Source: Vicinamibacteria bacterium (lineage in GTDB: Bacteria > Acidobacteriota > Vicinamibacteria > Marinacidobacterales > Marinacidobacteraceae). Taken from it: a stretch of DNA of 64,000 nt. The position numbers and the translations under genes are program-made. Where the stretch lies: NCBI GenBank assembly GCA_964291235.2, contig OZ219816.1:1472001-1536000 (forward strand), given 5' to 3'. Every line of letters starts with the position of its first letter. Position 1 is the stretch's first letter. A model generated the notes under the pieces. The model saw nothing but the letters and a program-made list of their open reading frames with translations. It did no database searches and was not told the origin of the DNA. This document shows, piece after piece, positions 56,250 through 64,000 of the stretch.

Positions 56250-57341
56250 TCAGGGGATCGTCTCAAACAACGAGCGCGGGGCGCCGGGAGCCCGGGGCGG
56301 ACGAAACAGGTCCAGGCGGAACGGAGGATGCTTGCGGTCGAGCCCGAACCGCCGGGAGGCCACCCGGAACCGGTTGGCGAGCAACTCGGCGTAGGGCCCC
56401 TTCCCCCGCATGCGGTCTCCGAACTTCGCCTCGTTGAGCGCTCCCCCGCGGGTGTCGCGGATGAGGCTCTCGACGTGGGCGGCGCGCGTTGGAACGTGGG
56501 TCTCCAGCCACTCCGAAAAGAGTTCCTTCAACTCGTGAGGCAGCCGCACCAGGATGAACCCGGCGGAACTCGCTCCCGCTTCCGCGGCGGCCTCGAGGAT
56601 GGCCTCGAGTTCCGAGTCATTGAGCCCCGGGATCATCGGGGATGCCAGGACACCCACTGGAATCCCCGCCTCCTTGAGTGCAGCGATCGTGGAGACCCGG
56701 CGCGCCGGCGCCGCTGCCCGCGGTTCCATGGCCCTCGCGAGATCGCGGCGGAGCGTGGTCACCGAGACCATCACCTGCGCAAGACCCTCCTCCGCCATCG
56801 GAACGATGACGTCGAGGTCGCGCAGGATCAGCGCCGATTTCGTGACGATGCCGGTCGGATGGCGCGCCTCGCGGAGCACCTCGAGAATCTGCCGGGTGAT
56901 GCCCAGATCCCGCTCGACCGGCTGGTAGGGATCCGTATTCGAGCCGAGCGCCAGCGGACCCACGGAGTAACCCGACTTGCGGAGTTCCCGGCGCAGCAGG
57001 TTCGCGGCCTCCGGCTTCGCCACGATCTTCGTCTCGAAATCGAGGCCGGGGGAATACCCCAGGTACGCATGACTCGGCCGGGCGAAGCAGTAGATGCAGC
57101 CGTGTTCGCAGCCGCGATACGGGTTGATCGAACGGTCGAAGGGGATGTCTGGCGAGTCGTTCCGGGCGATGATGCTCTTCGTCCGGTCGATGATGACCTC
57201 GGTCGGCACACGTTCCGGCGGCGGATCGCGCGCATCCCAGCCGTCGTCGAACGCCTCCTCGCGGAGCGCCTCGAACCGGCCGGCGGGGTTGGATACCGCT
57301 CCCCGGCCGCGGAGGGGTCTCCCCCCGCCTCCGGGGTCCAC
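56250..57341 (-). CDS. PA0069/Rv2578c-family radical SAM protein
   Basis: GRGAVSNP, SINPYRGCEHGCIYCFAR, NTDPYQP, VTKS, EPRA. GTG start inferred. Confidence 0.92.
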   Translation of the reverse strand: MDPGGGGRPLRGRGAVSNPAGRFEALREEAFDDGWDARDPPPERVPTEVIIDRTKSIIARNDSPDIPFDRSINPYRGCEHGCIYCFARPSHAYLGYSPGLDFETKIVAKPEAANLLRRELRKSGYSVGPLALGSNTDPYQPVERDLGITRQILEVLREARHPTGIVTKSALILRDLDVIVPMAEEGLAQVMVSVTTLRRDLARAMEPRAAAPARRVSTIAALKEAGIPVGVLASPMIPGLNDSELEAILEAAAEAGASSAGFILVRLPHELKELFSEWLETHVPTRAAHVESLIRDTRGGALNEAKFGDRMRGKGPYAELLANRFRVASRRFGLDRKHPPFRLDLFRPPRAPGAPRSLFETIP

Positions 57342-57348
57342 CGTCGCG

Positions 57349-58230
57349 CTATTCCGGCTGGAGGGCGTCGAGCGCGCCCGCGAGGGCGGCCTCGATCTCC
57401 GCGGCGTCACCTGAGGTGCGGACCAGTTGTCCCCCGCTGATCTCGGCCAGGTAGATCAATGCCCAGAAGGGATCCACACTTCTCAAACCCCGCATATCGC
57501 GGCCCGCATCCTGCAGATGACGGCCCTCGAACGTGATCTGGTTCGCCAGATCGTCGGCGCTGATGCTCCCGTAGGTCCCACCGACCCGGCCGGAGCGGGT
57601 CAGGTTCGGGGGAGCGGTTACCGCGAGCAACGTCGGCGGGACCCCCGCGGCCGCAAAGAGCGGCCACGAGTCGCGAGCCCAACTGGCGCCGTCCACGCCA
57701 TCCGTGAAGACGACCAGCACCGGGCGTCCGGGCCGGTCCGCGAGGAGACCGAGTGCCAGGGTGAGCGCGTTGTTGAACGCCGCCGGACCGCCGCTGCGCA
57801 ACTCCGCGGCCGCGGCCGCGGCATCGGCGCACGTTCCGTCCCAGCCGGCGTGGAGTTCCACCGAGCGGGTGAACCCGAGAAGCGCACAACGATCCTCGTC
57901 ATCGAGCGTGGAGAAGAGAGACTGGACCCCGGCGACCGCGGCGCGTAGCCGCGCTCCCGAAACGCTGGAACTCAGGTCGAACACCGCGACCACCGAAAGC
58001 GGTTCCCGCCCGGTCCAGACCGGCCGGGGCAGGTCCTCGCGCCGACGCCGCAAGAGGTCAAGACCCGCACCTCCGACTCCCGGAGCCGAGGGGGCCTCGG
58101 GATGGGCCTGAATCCGAACGGCGGCGGCCGACTCCCGCGCACGGGCCTCGCCGGAGGATTCGGCGGCGGCGCCAGAGGGAAGGAGAGCCGGGAAGGCAAT
58201 CGCCAGAACCATCGCCGCGGGCACTCTCAT
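57349..58230 (-). CDS. Secreted VWA-domain protein (Acidobacterial VWFA-related type)
   Basis: Signal peptide; PLSV..VFDLSSS MIDAS, FTDG.D, LAE.SGG. Confidence 0.78.
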   Translation of the reverse strand: MRVPAAMVLAIAFPALLPSGAAAESSGEARARESAAAVRIQAHPEAPSAPGVGGAGLDLLRRRREDLPRPVWTGREPLSVVAVFDLSSSVSGARLRAAVAGVQSLFSTLDDEDRCALLGFTRSVELHAGWDGTCADAAAAAAELRSGGPAAFNNALTLALGLLADRPGRPVLVVFTDGVDGASWARDSWPLFAAAGVPPTLLAVTAPPNLTRSGRVGGTYGSISADDLANQITFEGRHLQDAGRDMRGLRSVDPFWALIYLAEISGGQLVRTSGDAAEIEAALAGALDALQPE

Positions 58231-59231
58231 CGTTCGCTTGCTCCCTCGGCGGGGTCTCGCACCTCGTCCTTCATCGCCTGAAACATCCCCGGGTACTCGA
58301 GAGCCTGACCGAGCCAGTAGCGCCATTCGGGTTCCCATCCCGTCGGCGCCCGGGCAAGGAGCGCCCCGGCGGCTTCGGCCGCGCCTTCGGTGTCACCCTG
58401 GCTGAGGCGCGCCGCCACGAGGCCGGAGACCGCCGCCGGCGAGCGGCGCGAGCGCCGGACGGCTTCGGCGAAGGCGGTCTCGGCGGCGGCGAAGTCTCCG
58501 GCCCCGAGCGCGATCTCTCCACGAATGAGCTGCAGCGCCAGTCGAGGTCCCGACCGGAGGCGGGCGTCGCCGAGCTGGTCGAGAACGAAGACGGCGTCCT
58601 CCGGCCGCCCGAGATCGAGAAGTACGGCGGCGAAGCGGATCCGGAGATCAGGATCGTCCGGAGACTCCTCCAGAAGTTTCTGGAGCATGACTCCAGCCCG
58701 CGACAGGTACGTCGGCTCCTCGCGTTGTCTTCCGAACATCCAAAGCGCCGCGGCGAACGCCCGCTCGACGTCTCGGTCATCCGGCATGTCCTCCATGGCG
58801 TTCTCGAAGGCTGCGACCCCGGGGCCGACCGAAAGCTGCACCTGGTAGGAAAAGCAAAGCGCCAGCCACCAGCGGCGGATCCAGTCGCCGCGGTCCTCCG
58901 GGTCCGGAATCGCCTTGAGCAGACTCCGTGCGAGCTGCAGATGGGTCTCGGAGTGCCCGTGGCCGGCCGCTTCCGTGTGGAGGAGCGCCGCGGTCTTCAA
59001 CTCCCGGGCGTCGGGCTCGGAGGCAATGAGGGCGCCGACCACCCGCTCCACGGAATCCGGATCGAACCCGGCCAGCACGCGGCCGGAAGTGATGAACAGG
59101 CCGCCACGCACCTCGTTCAGCAGTTCCTGGTAGCCGGCCGCGTCCATCCGGCCCTGGGCCGGCGCCAGACCGGCGGTGCAAAGCACCACCGCAATGGCAC
59201 TCGCCCAGGCAGTCGCCGACATTCGCCGCAT
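58227..59231 (-). CDS. Secreted TPR-like protein
   Basis: Signal peptide and helical TPR-like repeats; overlaps the VWA gene start. Confidence 0.7.
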   Translation of the reverse strand: MRRMSATAWASAIAVVLCTAGLAPAQGRMDAAGYQELLNEVRGGLFITSGRVLAGFDPDSVERVVGALIASEPDARELKTAALLHTEAAGHGHSETHLQLARSLLKAIPDPEDRGDWIRRWWLALCFSYQVQLSVGPGVAAFENAMEDMPDDRDVERAFAAALWMFGRQREEPTYLSRAGVMLQKLLEESPDDPDLRIRFAAVLLDLGRPEDAVFVLDQLGDARLRSGPRLALQLIRGEIALGAGDFAAAETAFAEAVRRSRRSPAAVSGLVAARLSQGDTEGAAEAAGALLARAPTGWEPEWRYWLGQALEYPGMFQAMKDEVRDPAEGASER

Positions 59232-59378
59232 CGAAGTCTTCCGAGGGATCAATGTAGCAGGATACGTGCCAGGCAAGGGCTTTTTCCGGCCTCCTGGATT
59301 CGTCAGGAGCGCGGAGGTGGGAGAAGGCGTTACCGTTCCGCCGCCGCAACCCGGATCGGAAATCCAAAGGAGTTCCGC

Positions 59379-60629
59379 TTGTCTGAACCTCCCCTTCCCT
59401 CTCGCTCGCCCCGCGATCCGGTCGTGACCGGGATGGGCCTCCTGTCTCAGGTCGGCACCGGGACCACCGAGCACCGCGAGATTCTGAAATCCGGAACCCA
59501 GGTTCCGTGTTCGGTGTACGAACCCGGCGTCGAGTGTCAGACCGGGTGCCAGTTGGTCGGCGCCTACCGGGCCCCCCTCGATCCGGACGACCTCGGTCTC
59601 GACCGGTCGGAGGCGCGCTTCATGGGCCGGATGTCGCTGCTCGCGGTCCGCGCCGCGCGGCTCGCCCTCGATCAGTCGGGGCTCCCGACGCGTGAACTCG
59701 CGGTAGTGGTCGGGACCGGCACCGGCGAAATCGAGACGCACCGCGAAGTCGTGCGCCGGGTTGCCCGCGGGGGACGCGTACGGGTACTTCCGACCACGAT
59801 CCCGCGCATCATGGCCTCAACCGTCTCAGCCAACCTGGCCACGGTGCTGAAGACCCGGGGGCCGTCCCTCTCGGCTACGGCGGCTTGCGCCGGGGGCGGC
59901 TACAACCTGGCGATCGCCGCCTCCTGGATCCGTGATGGCGTCGTGGACTACGCGCTTGCGGGCGGCGTGGAAGCGGAGGACGTTCACTTCCATCTCGGTT
60001 TCGACTCGATGCGCGCCTACACCCGCGTGGACAACCACCGGCCCGAAAAGGCTTCGCGCCCCTACGCCGCCGATCGCGCTGGTTTCATCTTCGGAGAGGG
60101 CGCCGGCATCCTGGCCCTCGAGTCCCGGGAATCCGCCGAACGGCGCGGAGCGGAGATTCTCGGATCCATCGCCGGCTTCGGCATGTCCTCCGACGGGAGC
60201 GGAGAGATGGTGGCTCCGGCCAGCGAAGGGGCCGAACTCGCGATCCAGCGGGCGCTCCGGCACAGCGGCGTGCCGCGGGAGGCGATCGGCTACATCAACA
60301 CCCATGGCACTTCGACTCCCCTCGGGGATGTCTCCGAAGTCCGCGCGATTCGTCGCGTCTTCGACGACGCCCTCATCCCGTATGGCTCGACCAAGGGGTA
60401 CACCGGCCACACCGTGTCCGCGGCCGGCGCGCTCGAAGCCGCCTTCACCTTCCTCATGCTTCGCGAGGGGTGGCTTTCGCCCTCCGTAAACGCCGAACCC
60501 CTCGATCCTGAACTCGAGGACTATCCTCCGGTCGTGGGACCGACGACCACCGACGCCGAGTGGGCCCTCTCCAACTCGTTCGGTTTCGGCGGCACGAACA
60601 TCTCCCTCGTGCTCCGCCGCGAACGCTGA
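59379..60629 (+). CDS. Beta-ketoacyl-ACP synthase (FabB/FabF family)
   Basis: VVTGMG, AACAGG (Cys), HGTST, TKGYTGH, SNSFGFGGTN. TTG start after AAAGGAG. Confidence 0.92.
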   Translation: MSEPPLPSRSPRDPVVTGMGLLSQVGTGTTEHREILKSGTQVPCSVYEPGVECQTGCQLVGAYRAPLDPDDLGLDRSEARFMGRMSLLAVRAARLALDQSGLPTRELAVVVGTGTGEIETHREVVRRVARGGRVRVLPTTIPRIMASTVSANLATVLKTRGPSLSATAACAGGGYNLAIAASWIRDGVVDYALAGGVEAEDVHFHLGFDSMRAYTRVDNHRPEKASRPYAADRAGFIFGEGAGILALESRESAERRGAEILGSIAGFGMSSDGSGEMVAPASEGAELAIQRALRHSGVPREAIGYINTHGTSTPLGDVSEVRAIRRVFDDALIPYGSTKGYTGHTVSAAGALEAAFTFLMLREGWLSPSVNAEPLDPELEDYPPVVGPTTTDAEWALSNSFGFGGTNISLVLRRER

Positions 60630-60667
60630 ACCGTCCCCGAGGCCACGTCACGAAAGCGAGAAAACCC

Positions 60668-61063
60668 ATGCACGTCGATCTCGAATGGAACGGGGTAACC
60701 GGTTACCACATCACCACTCCGTCCGGAGCCGCGTTCACCCTCGACAGCGACGCAGCGGACGGCCCCTCCCCCATGGAATCCTTGCTGGGGGCGGTCGCGG
60801 GCTGTATGGCGATCGACATCGTCCACATCCTGAAACGCATGCGCCGGGCTCCCGAACGCCTCTCGGCCCGCGTCTCCGGCGAGCGCGCCGGCGATCACCC
60901 GAAGCGCTTCGTCAGCATCCGGCTGGAGTTCACCGCCTCGGGAGGCGCCGTGGTTCAGGACCGTCTGGAGCAGTCCGTCGAACTCTCGTTCGCCAAGTAC
61001 TGCAGCGTCCTCCACAGCCTGGCGCCCGACACCGAAACAAGCTGGTCTGCCCGGGTGTCATAG
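60668..61063 (+). CDS. OsmC family protein
   Basis: GPSPME.LL...AGC..DI..IL...KYCSV. Confidence 0.88.
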   Translation: MHVDLEWNGVTGYHITTPSGAAFTLDSDAADGPSPMESLLGAVAGCMAIDIVHILKRMRRAPERLSARVSGERAGDHPKRFVSIRLEFTASGGAVVQDRLEQSVELSFAKYCSVLHSLAPDTETSWSARVS

Positions 61064-61267
61064 CGGAAACGGCATGAGGCTGCCGGCCCGGCCGGCCCGG
61101 CTCATCAGAGTTCCATCGGAGAACGGCCGCCGAAGGGATCTACCAACCGGAGCACCTGGCTCCGAATCTTCGAACTGGCTCCCGCGAGGTTCTCATACCT
61201 CCGCCGCAGCGATCGGTGCAGGATGGTTCCCCTCTCGGCGGGAACCCCACCAGCCTTGATGTCGGAC

Positions 61268-61501
61268 AGGCACGGGAGCCCCCGCCGGGAGAACTGGGCC
61301 GGCCTCCAGGCCGGCACAGCCCGCCGCAGGCGGGCGGCGGGACGGACCTGGCTGGCCGGGATAGCTCCCTCTCTCGGAGAGGACCCCGTGAGCGCGAGCG
61401 GCGAGGAACCGCCCGCGGCGCTACACGCCGCTGTGCCGGCCCCCACCGGGAGAACTGGCCTGGAGGTCGGCCCAGTTCTCCAGGCGGGGGCTCCCGTGCC
61501 T
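61268..61501. repeat. 234-bp element with 45-bp inverted repeats (REPIN/MITE-like)
   Basis: 61268-61312 and 61457-61501 are reverse complements with 2 mismatches. Confidence 0.8.
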
Positions 61502-61805
61502 ACACGCTGTCCGTGCGGTCAGGGTCCGCGCCTGACGCGTTGCTCCCCACATCATCAACAGGTTGGCGTGATCCGCGCGGCACCTTGGGCCATGAGTATG
61601 AGAAATCCGGGTTCGGGGTCGGCGAGGTGAGAGGCAGCGGGAGGGAAGCGCTTGGTCGGAGGGATTTCACCGTCTTGGATTGGACGGTCAGCGAGCTGCA
61701 CACCCCGATAGTGCGGACTCACGAGCACTGGTTTCGCGCTCCCACGCGACTCGGCCAGCGGGCGGCCCCGCCCCTCGGTTCGCGGCGCGCTCCCGGCCGG
61801 TTCGT

Positions 61806-62753
61806 TCAGGGCCGCGCCGTATAGCCCTCTCGCGCCCGCACCCGGACGCGCCGCTGCTTCACCCGAACCTCGATCGGGACGAATCCCCGCCTCCCGGGCT
61901 CGGGGCTGAAGGCGAGCACGTAGCGCACCCGCAGATCCCGGAGAACCTCCTGGAACGCCGCTTCGAGATCCGCGTCCGAGCGGATGGTCACGGACCTTCC
62001 GCCGGTGGCTCCGACCAGGTCCTCGAGCAGTTCGATCCCATCCCGATCCGTGCGGAGGATCCGCGATGGACGGGGCGCGGGAGCGATGATCGAATAGAGC
62101 AGGACTTCGGAAGCCTGGACGGCGCTCCGGATGTGCCGCTCCCGCGCCCAGCTCAGGTTGTCCAGTGCATCGGTGAAGAGCAGCAGCACCGGACGGCCGC
62201 TGCCCCAGTGGAGGGCCGCCAGGGACAGGATGACTCCGTCCCAAAGCGCCGTAGCTCCACCGCCGCCGGTCTGTAACAGGCCGTCGCCAACGTCCGCGCC
62301 GCAGGAGCCGAACTCCCGGACCCAGCGAGCCCGGTTGGAGAACGCCACTACCCCGCAGTCGTCGCGGTCGGTCAGCGCCCCGGCGAACTGACGCGCTCCG
62401 GCGGCCAGCCGACGGCGCCGCTCCCCGGCGGTGCTCCCGCTCACATCCATGGCGAACAGCACGGCGAGCGGTACCGAGCCCGGATCGAGCAGCCGGAACT
62501 CCCTTGGCTCGCCGGCGACGAGCAGTTCGAAGTCCTCCGGTCCGAGACCCCGCACCGGGCCGTCCCGGCTCACGGAGACATCCACCAGGACGGCGCGGCT
62601 CTCCACCCGGAACTGGGCCGCCGCACCTCCGGCGCCTCCCAGCAGCAGGATCCCGACGATTACCGCGGGTAACGGCGGAAGCGCTCGCAGCAAGATTCGC
62701 TGTCCCCGAGCCCGGTGTCCGTGGATCAGGTGGCGACCAGCCGGCGCAGCCAA
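61806..62753 (-). CDS. Secreted VWA-domain protein (Acidobacterial VWFA-related; start uncertain, possibly TTG at 62693)
   Basis: FRVE...V.VDVSV...PV.GL..EDF, DVSGS MIDAS, TALWD, FTD, ATGG, Y.L.F.P, VRAREGY. Confidence 0.85.
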   Translation of the reverse strand: MAAPAGRHLIHGHRARGQRILLRALPPLPAVIVGILLLGGAGGAAAQFRVESRAVLVDVSVSRDGPVRGLGPEDFELLVAGEPREFRLLDPGSVPLAVLFAMDVSGSTAGERRRRLAAGARQFAGALTDRDDCGVVAFSNRARWVREFGSCGADVGDGLLQTGGGGATALWDGVILSLAALHWGSGRPVLLLFTDALDNLSWARERHIRSAVQASEVLLYSIIAPAPRPSRILRTDRDGIELLEDLVGATGGRSVTIRSDADLEAAFQEVLRDLRVRYVLAFSPEPGRRGFVPIEVRVKQRRVRVRAREGYTARP

Positions 62754-63931
62754 TCGAGGGACGGCTCGCTCGCCTCCGCCCAGGTGGTCAGGAAATCGAT
62801 CCAGACCCGGTCTCCCTCGCGGAGCCCAAGTTGTTCCGTCGCGAGCTCCGCCGCCTCGTCCCAGCGTCCCCGGGTCTCAAGCGCCGCCACCAGCGCGGCT
62901 ACTACGGCTGACGAGGTCGGGGCCAGGTCCACCGCCGCGCGGAGTCCCGCGATCGCCGGATCGAGTCGGCCCTCGGCAATCCGCGCTTCGCCGAGCAACA
63001 GCAGCCGCGGCACCCGGAGCAGCTCCGAATTCGGCTTCTCGCTGACCTCCCGCAGACGGTCGGCGGCGCGGCCGATCCGTCCCTGGCCCAGGGCAACGAG
63101 CGCCAGGCGGAGATTCAGATCGTCCGGATCTCCCAGCGCGCGCGCGACCGTTCTGGGGGACTGCAAGGCAACCGCCCGGCTCACCAGCCGCTCGGAGGCC
63201 GCCTCCCGAAACAGCTCCCGGGCATCCCGCCAGAGTTCCTTCTCCCGCACGTAGCGGGCGCGGACCGACCAGACGACGGCGAGTTGCCAGGTGAGTGCGG
63301 GATCCCGCCGCGGATCGGCTGCTTCCAGAACGCGGCTGGCGGAGAGCAAGTCCATCCGCGCAAGTCGCTGGCGGGCGGCTGCAAGAACGATCTCCCGCCA
63401 GAGGAGCTTGCGAACGTCGGAGGCGCCTTCCTCCCCCCAGCCGGCGATCGCCTCCTCGACAAGGTGGTCAGGAAGCCCCTGAACCCACTGCCGCGGGAGA
63501 CTTTCGACCGGTTCCCGGAAAGCCCAACTGGCGTGGTTCCAGCCGAACTGCGCCACCGTCTCGGCGTGCATGAGCGCGGCGGCCAATCGCTCCTGGAACC
63601 CCTCGAGCTGGTTGGCGGGCGGGAGATGGTCGAAAAAATCCTGCTGCACCCGCCTCGTCTCCGCCTGGACCCGGGTCCCGACCTGGCGGGCCGTCTCCAC
63701 GTAGCGACCGGCGCGGTACTGGGACACGAGTTGCCGGTAGGCCTCGCGAGTCAGCGGCTCGTTTGCGCCACCGCCGGACTGTTCCCGCCGCAGGAAAGCC
63801 CGCCGACTCATCCGGCGCGCCCGATTCCTCATGCGTTTCAACGGGCCCCGGCGGAGCCCGTCCGAAAGATACCAGCGCGCCCGATCGGCTAACCCCGGAC
63901 GGCGCCCGACCACGCGGATCAGAAAACGCAC
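62726..63931 (-). CDS. TPR-like protein (start uncertain, probably downstream of the ORF start)
   Basis: Helical repeats; AAALMHAE resembles TAALLHTE of the 58227-59231 protein; directly upstream of a VWA gene. Confidence 0.65.
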   Translation of the reverse strand: MRFLIRVVGRRPGLADRARWYLSDGLRRGPLKRMRNRARRMSRRAFLRREQSGGGANEPLTREAYRQLVSQYRAGRYVETARQVGTRVQAETRRVQQDFFDHLPPANQLEGFQERLAAALMHAETVAQFGWNHASWAFREPVESLPRQWVQGLPDHLVEEAIAGWGEEGASDVRKLLWREIVLAAARQRLARMDLLSASRVLEAADPRRDPALTWQLAVVWSVRARYVREKELWRDARELFREAASERLVSRAVALQSPRTVARALGDPDDLNLRLALVALGQGRIGRAADRLREVSEKPNSELLRVPRLLLLGEARIAEGRLDPAIAGLRAAVDLAPTSSAVVAALVAALETRGRWDEAAELATEQLGLREGDRVWIDFLTTWAEASEPSLDWLRRLVAT

Positions 63932-64000
63932 ACAATTACCGGATGCCGCATCCCTCTCGCCGCGCGTTTCTGCTCCGCGCGGTTCCCGCTGCCACCCTCT

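Noticed and set aside
61520-61760. HEPN/DUF86-like remnant (WRDPRGTLGHEY)
   Set aside because: Only a few residues resemble the motif and there is no proper ORF context; too weak.

Overview
High-GC bacterial chromosome segment. The ADOP-type permease and the VWA+TPR gene pairs suggest Acidobacteriota, possibly a host- or sponge-associated lineage (inference only). Most of the window is housekeeping and secreted-hydrolase genes: fumC, an S9 peptidase, GH63-like and GH2 glycosidases, DUF819 x2, FAH, DUF885, ygfZ, rmuC, M23, MlrC, DmpA, a radical SAM enzyme, a FabB/F-type synthase and OsmC. Notable structure: (1) a 24-unit, 32-33 bp phased array (3386-4144) with a 19-bp core containing TTATCGACA. 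The same unit and its upstream leader motif recur at 38.7-38.8 kb just before a small ribbon-helix-helix gene, and the leader belongs to a dispersed REP-like family. (2) A ~16-kb segment (14.8-30.8 kb) bounded by degenerate direct repeats of a DUF819 3' end, carrying two MalT-like STAND-LuxR regulators, candidate operators and a ~3,000-codon Ig/Calx-beta autotransporter adhesin with frameshifts. (3) IS3 OrfA and an OrfB N-terminal fragment as separate divergent genes. (4) A cysteine-desulfurase-like protein lacking PLP-binding residues, divergent from ygfZ. (5) A reductive-dehalogenase-like gene with a small partner ORF. No rRNA, tRNA, CRISPR array or cas genes were recognised. All assignments come from motif recognition by eye; no database searches were run.
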